DNA of 64,000 bases from Spirochaetia bacterium (lineage in GTDB: Bacteria; Spirochaetota; Spirochaetia; CADAEX01): contig CAXXHA010000011.1 in assembly GCA_963662265.2 (NCBI GenBank), forward strand, positions 1-64,000, read 5' to 3'. Made by a program: the position numbers and the translations under genes. Below the pieces are notes generated by a model, which worked only from the letters and a program-made list of their open reading frames with translations, did not search any database and was not told the origin of the DNA. Shown one piece after another: positions 62,189-64,000 of the stretch; the first letter of the stretch is position 1; each line of letters opens with the position of its first letter.

Positions 62189-64000
62189 ATGGACAGATTA
62201 ACAGAATTATTTATAAGAGACAGCAAAAAGTACCTTGCCCAGGCTGTGAATTCACTTATAAATATTGAAAAAAAAGAAGATGTTGAAAGCAATATTGAAA
62301 CAGCATTCAGAGCTGTCCATTCAATCAAGACAGAATCATCCTATCTTCAGATGACTGAGACAAAAAACCTGTCACATGAAATAGAAAATACCCTGGAGTC
62401 ATTCAGAAACGGTGAGATAGTGCCTGATAAGGATTCCTGCGGAAGGATAATAAGCGAACTTGATAACCTGTCCATTGTTATCAGGAGGGAGCTTGAAATC
62501 CAGAATGAAAGAAAACCGGGAAATGAAGCAAAAACAGATGAAGCAGGTAATTCCTCAGAAATAAATAAAAAAACCTTATCAATAAATCCTGATACAGAAA
62601 TACCATCTGATTCAGAAGAAACAGAAAGCATACTGGATATAGAGAATGAAGAGGAATATTACATTCTTGAATATAATATCGAAGACGGGCCTGAGGAGGC
62701 AGTAAACACATCTGCTTCCTTACCTGATAAACCTGTTTCCGGAACAGGATTATCAGCTGAAAACACTGATAAAGGTGTTTTTTCCTTAAATGAAAAATCA
62801 TCAGATATGATACAGGAAAAAGAAGCAGCTCATGATGAGTTTTCTGTAATAAGCGGCAGCGTCTCTGCATCAGGCCTTGCAGACAGTTCTGCAAAAGTTC
62901 TTCCTGTTAAAAAAAGAGGGTATACCTGAAGAGATCAGGGAGGAAGTAAGGAAGGAATTTACAGAATTTGAACTTCAGCTCCTGTCTGAATCCATGAAAA
63001 GGGGAGAGAAGCTGTACAGGATTACATGTGAAATTTCTGATGATTCTGTAATGAAGTATCCCCGTCTTTATCTTGTGATAAACAATCTTGAACTCAAGAC
63101 AAATCTTATAAAATCAACACCGGCTGCTGATGAAATAGAGAATAATGAATATACATCAATCAAGCTGTATATAACAACCAAGCTGGGATACAAGGAAATA
63201 TTCAGCATAGTGGATGTTGATGAAATAGAAAATATACAGATAATAAACCTGCCGTACAGCTACTATTTTAAAAACAGCAGAACATACTGAGGCGGAAGAG
63301 GTTTCTTCAAAAGGCGAACTCGATTCAATACCTGTAAGAATCAACCGTCTTGACAGGCTGTTTGTTGCAGTGGAAGGGATGAAGCTTGATCTCGGCATTG
63401 AAATCAGGCGCCGCAGACAAGGAATTCAGGAAAAACTCTCTTAAAGAAAATCTCTGTTATTGAGAATAATGTCAAGAAACTTAGAATGATCAATTTTTCT
63501 GGAGAATTCCAGATGCTTCCGGGAATGATAAAGAAAATCGGGTATGATCTTGGAAAAGATGTTGATATTGTTTTCAATGACAATGATATTGAAATAGACA
63601 GAAGCCTTTTCGAGTATATCTATGATCCGCTTATTCATATACTGAAAAAACTCAGTCGACCACGGTATTGAAGATAAGGAAGCAAGGAAGGGGCGAACAA
63701 CAAGAGCAAAATCGGGACATATAATACTGCAGTACCTACAGAAAGGAAAAGAAGCTTGTTATTGAAATAAAGGATGACGGGCGGGGGCTAGATCTTAACA
63801 AGATATCTGAAGTGTCAGGTTATGATCTTTCTCAGCTGTCAGATAAAAAAACACTGCTTAAAGTACTTACAAAACCGGGCTTTTCAACCAGGATGAATGT
63901 CAGCAATCTCTCCGGCAGAGGTTTCGGGTCTGAACCTTGTATGGGAAAAAATAAAAAAAATTCAGGGTGCCGATATAATAATTTCCTCACGCACAGGTGC
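62189..64000 (+). CDS. cheA: CheA-like histidine kinase, 3'-partial, multiple frameshifts
   Basis: HPt FRAVHSIK; VRINRLDRL; DPLIHILK/NSVDHGIE; IKDDGRG; PGFST; SGRGFG read across frames. Confidence 0.8.

Overview
Core-genome window of an AT-rich spirochaete. The assignment rests on FlbB, FlbD, FliY, a Treponema-type FlgE and the gene order. The left end is accessory-like: a minus-strand exported protein missed by the ORF track, a divergent FecR-PEGA-PQQ lipoprotein and a UspA. Next come cheW-DegT-like-NAD kinase-recN, cdd, an M23 peptidase, a methyltransferase and DUF4912-GH57. A long + strand run follows: minimal dcw cluster (mraZ to ftsZ), xerD-TPR-dprA-topA-xerC, hslVU, the flgB to fliA flagellar cluster, FapA and a partial CheA. 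Many essential genes are split by single-base indels, often at homopolymers, most simply explained as long-read errors. No tRNA, rRNA, CRISPR array or transposase was seen. The most unusual signal is a small intergenic element in 5 copies at 3 loci: AGAG(A/G)C-variable hairpin-GTGCTCGA(W)AGCG. Its stem covaries, and at each locus a second hairpin in front of it overlaps the upstream stop codon. Other signals: G6-G10 runs just before several start codons, candidate internal sigma-28 promoters, several apparent pseudo-enzymes and the FlgE lysinoalanine cross-link residues.
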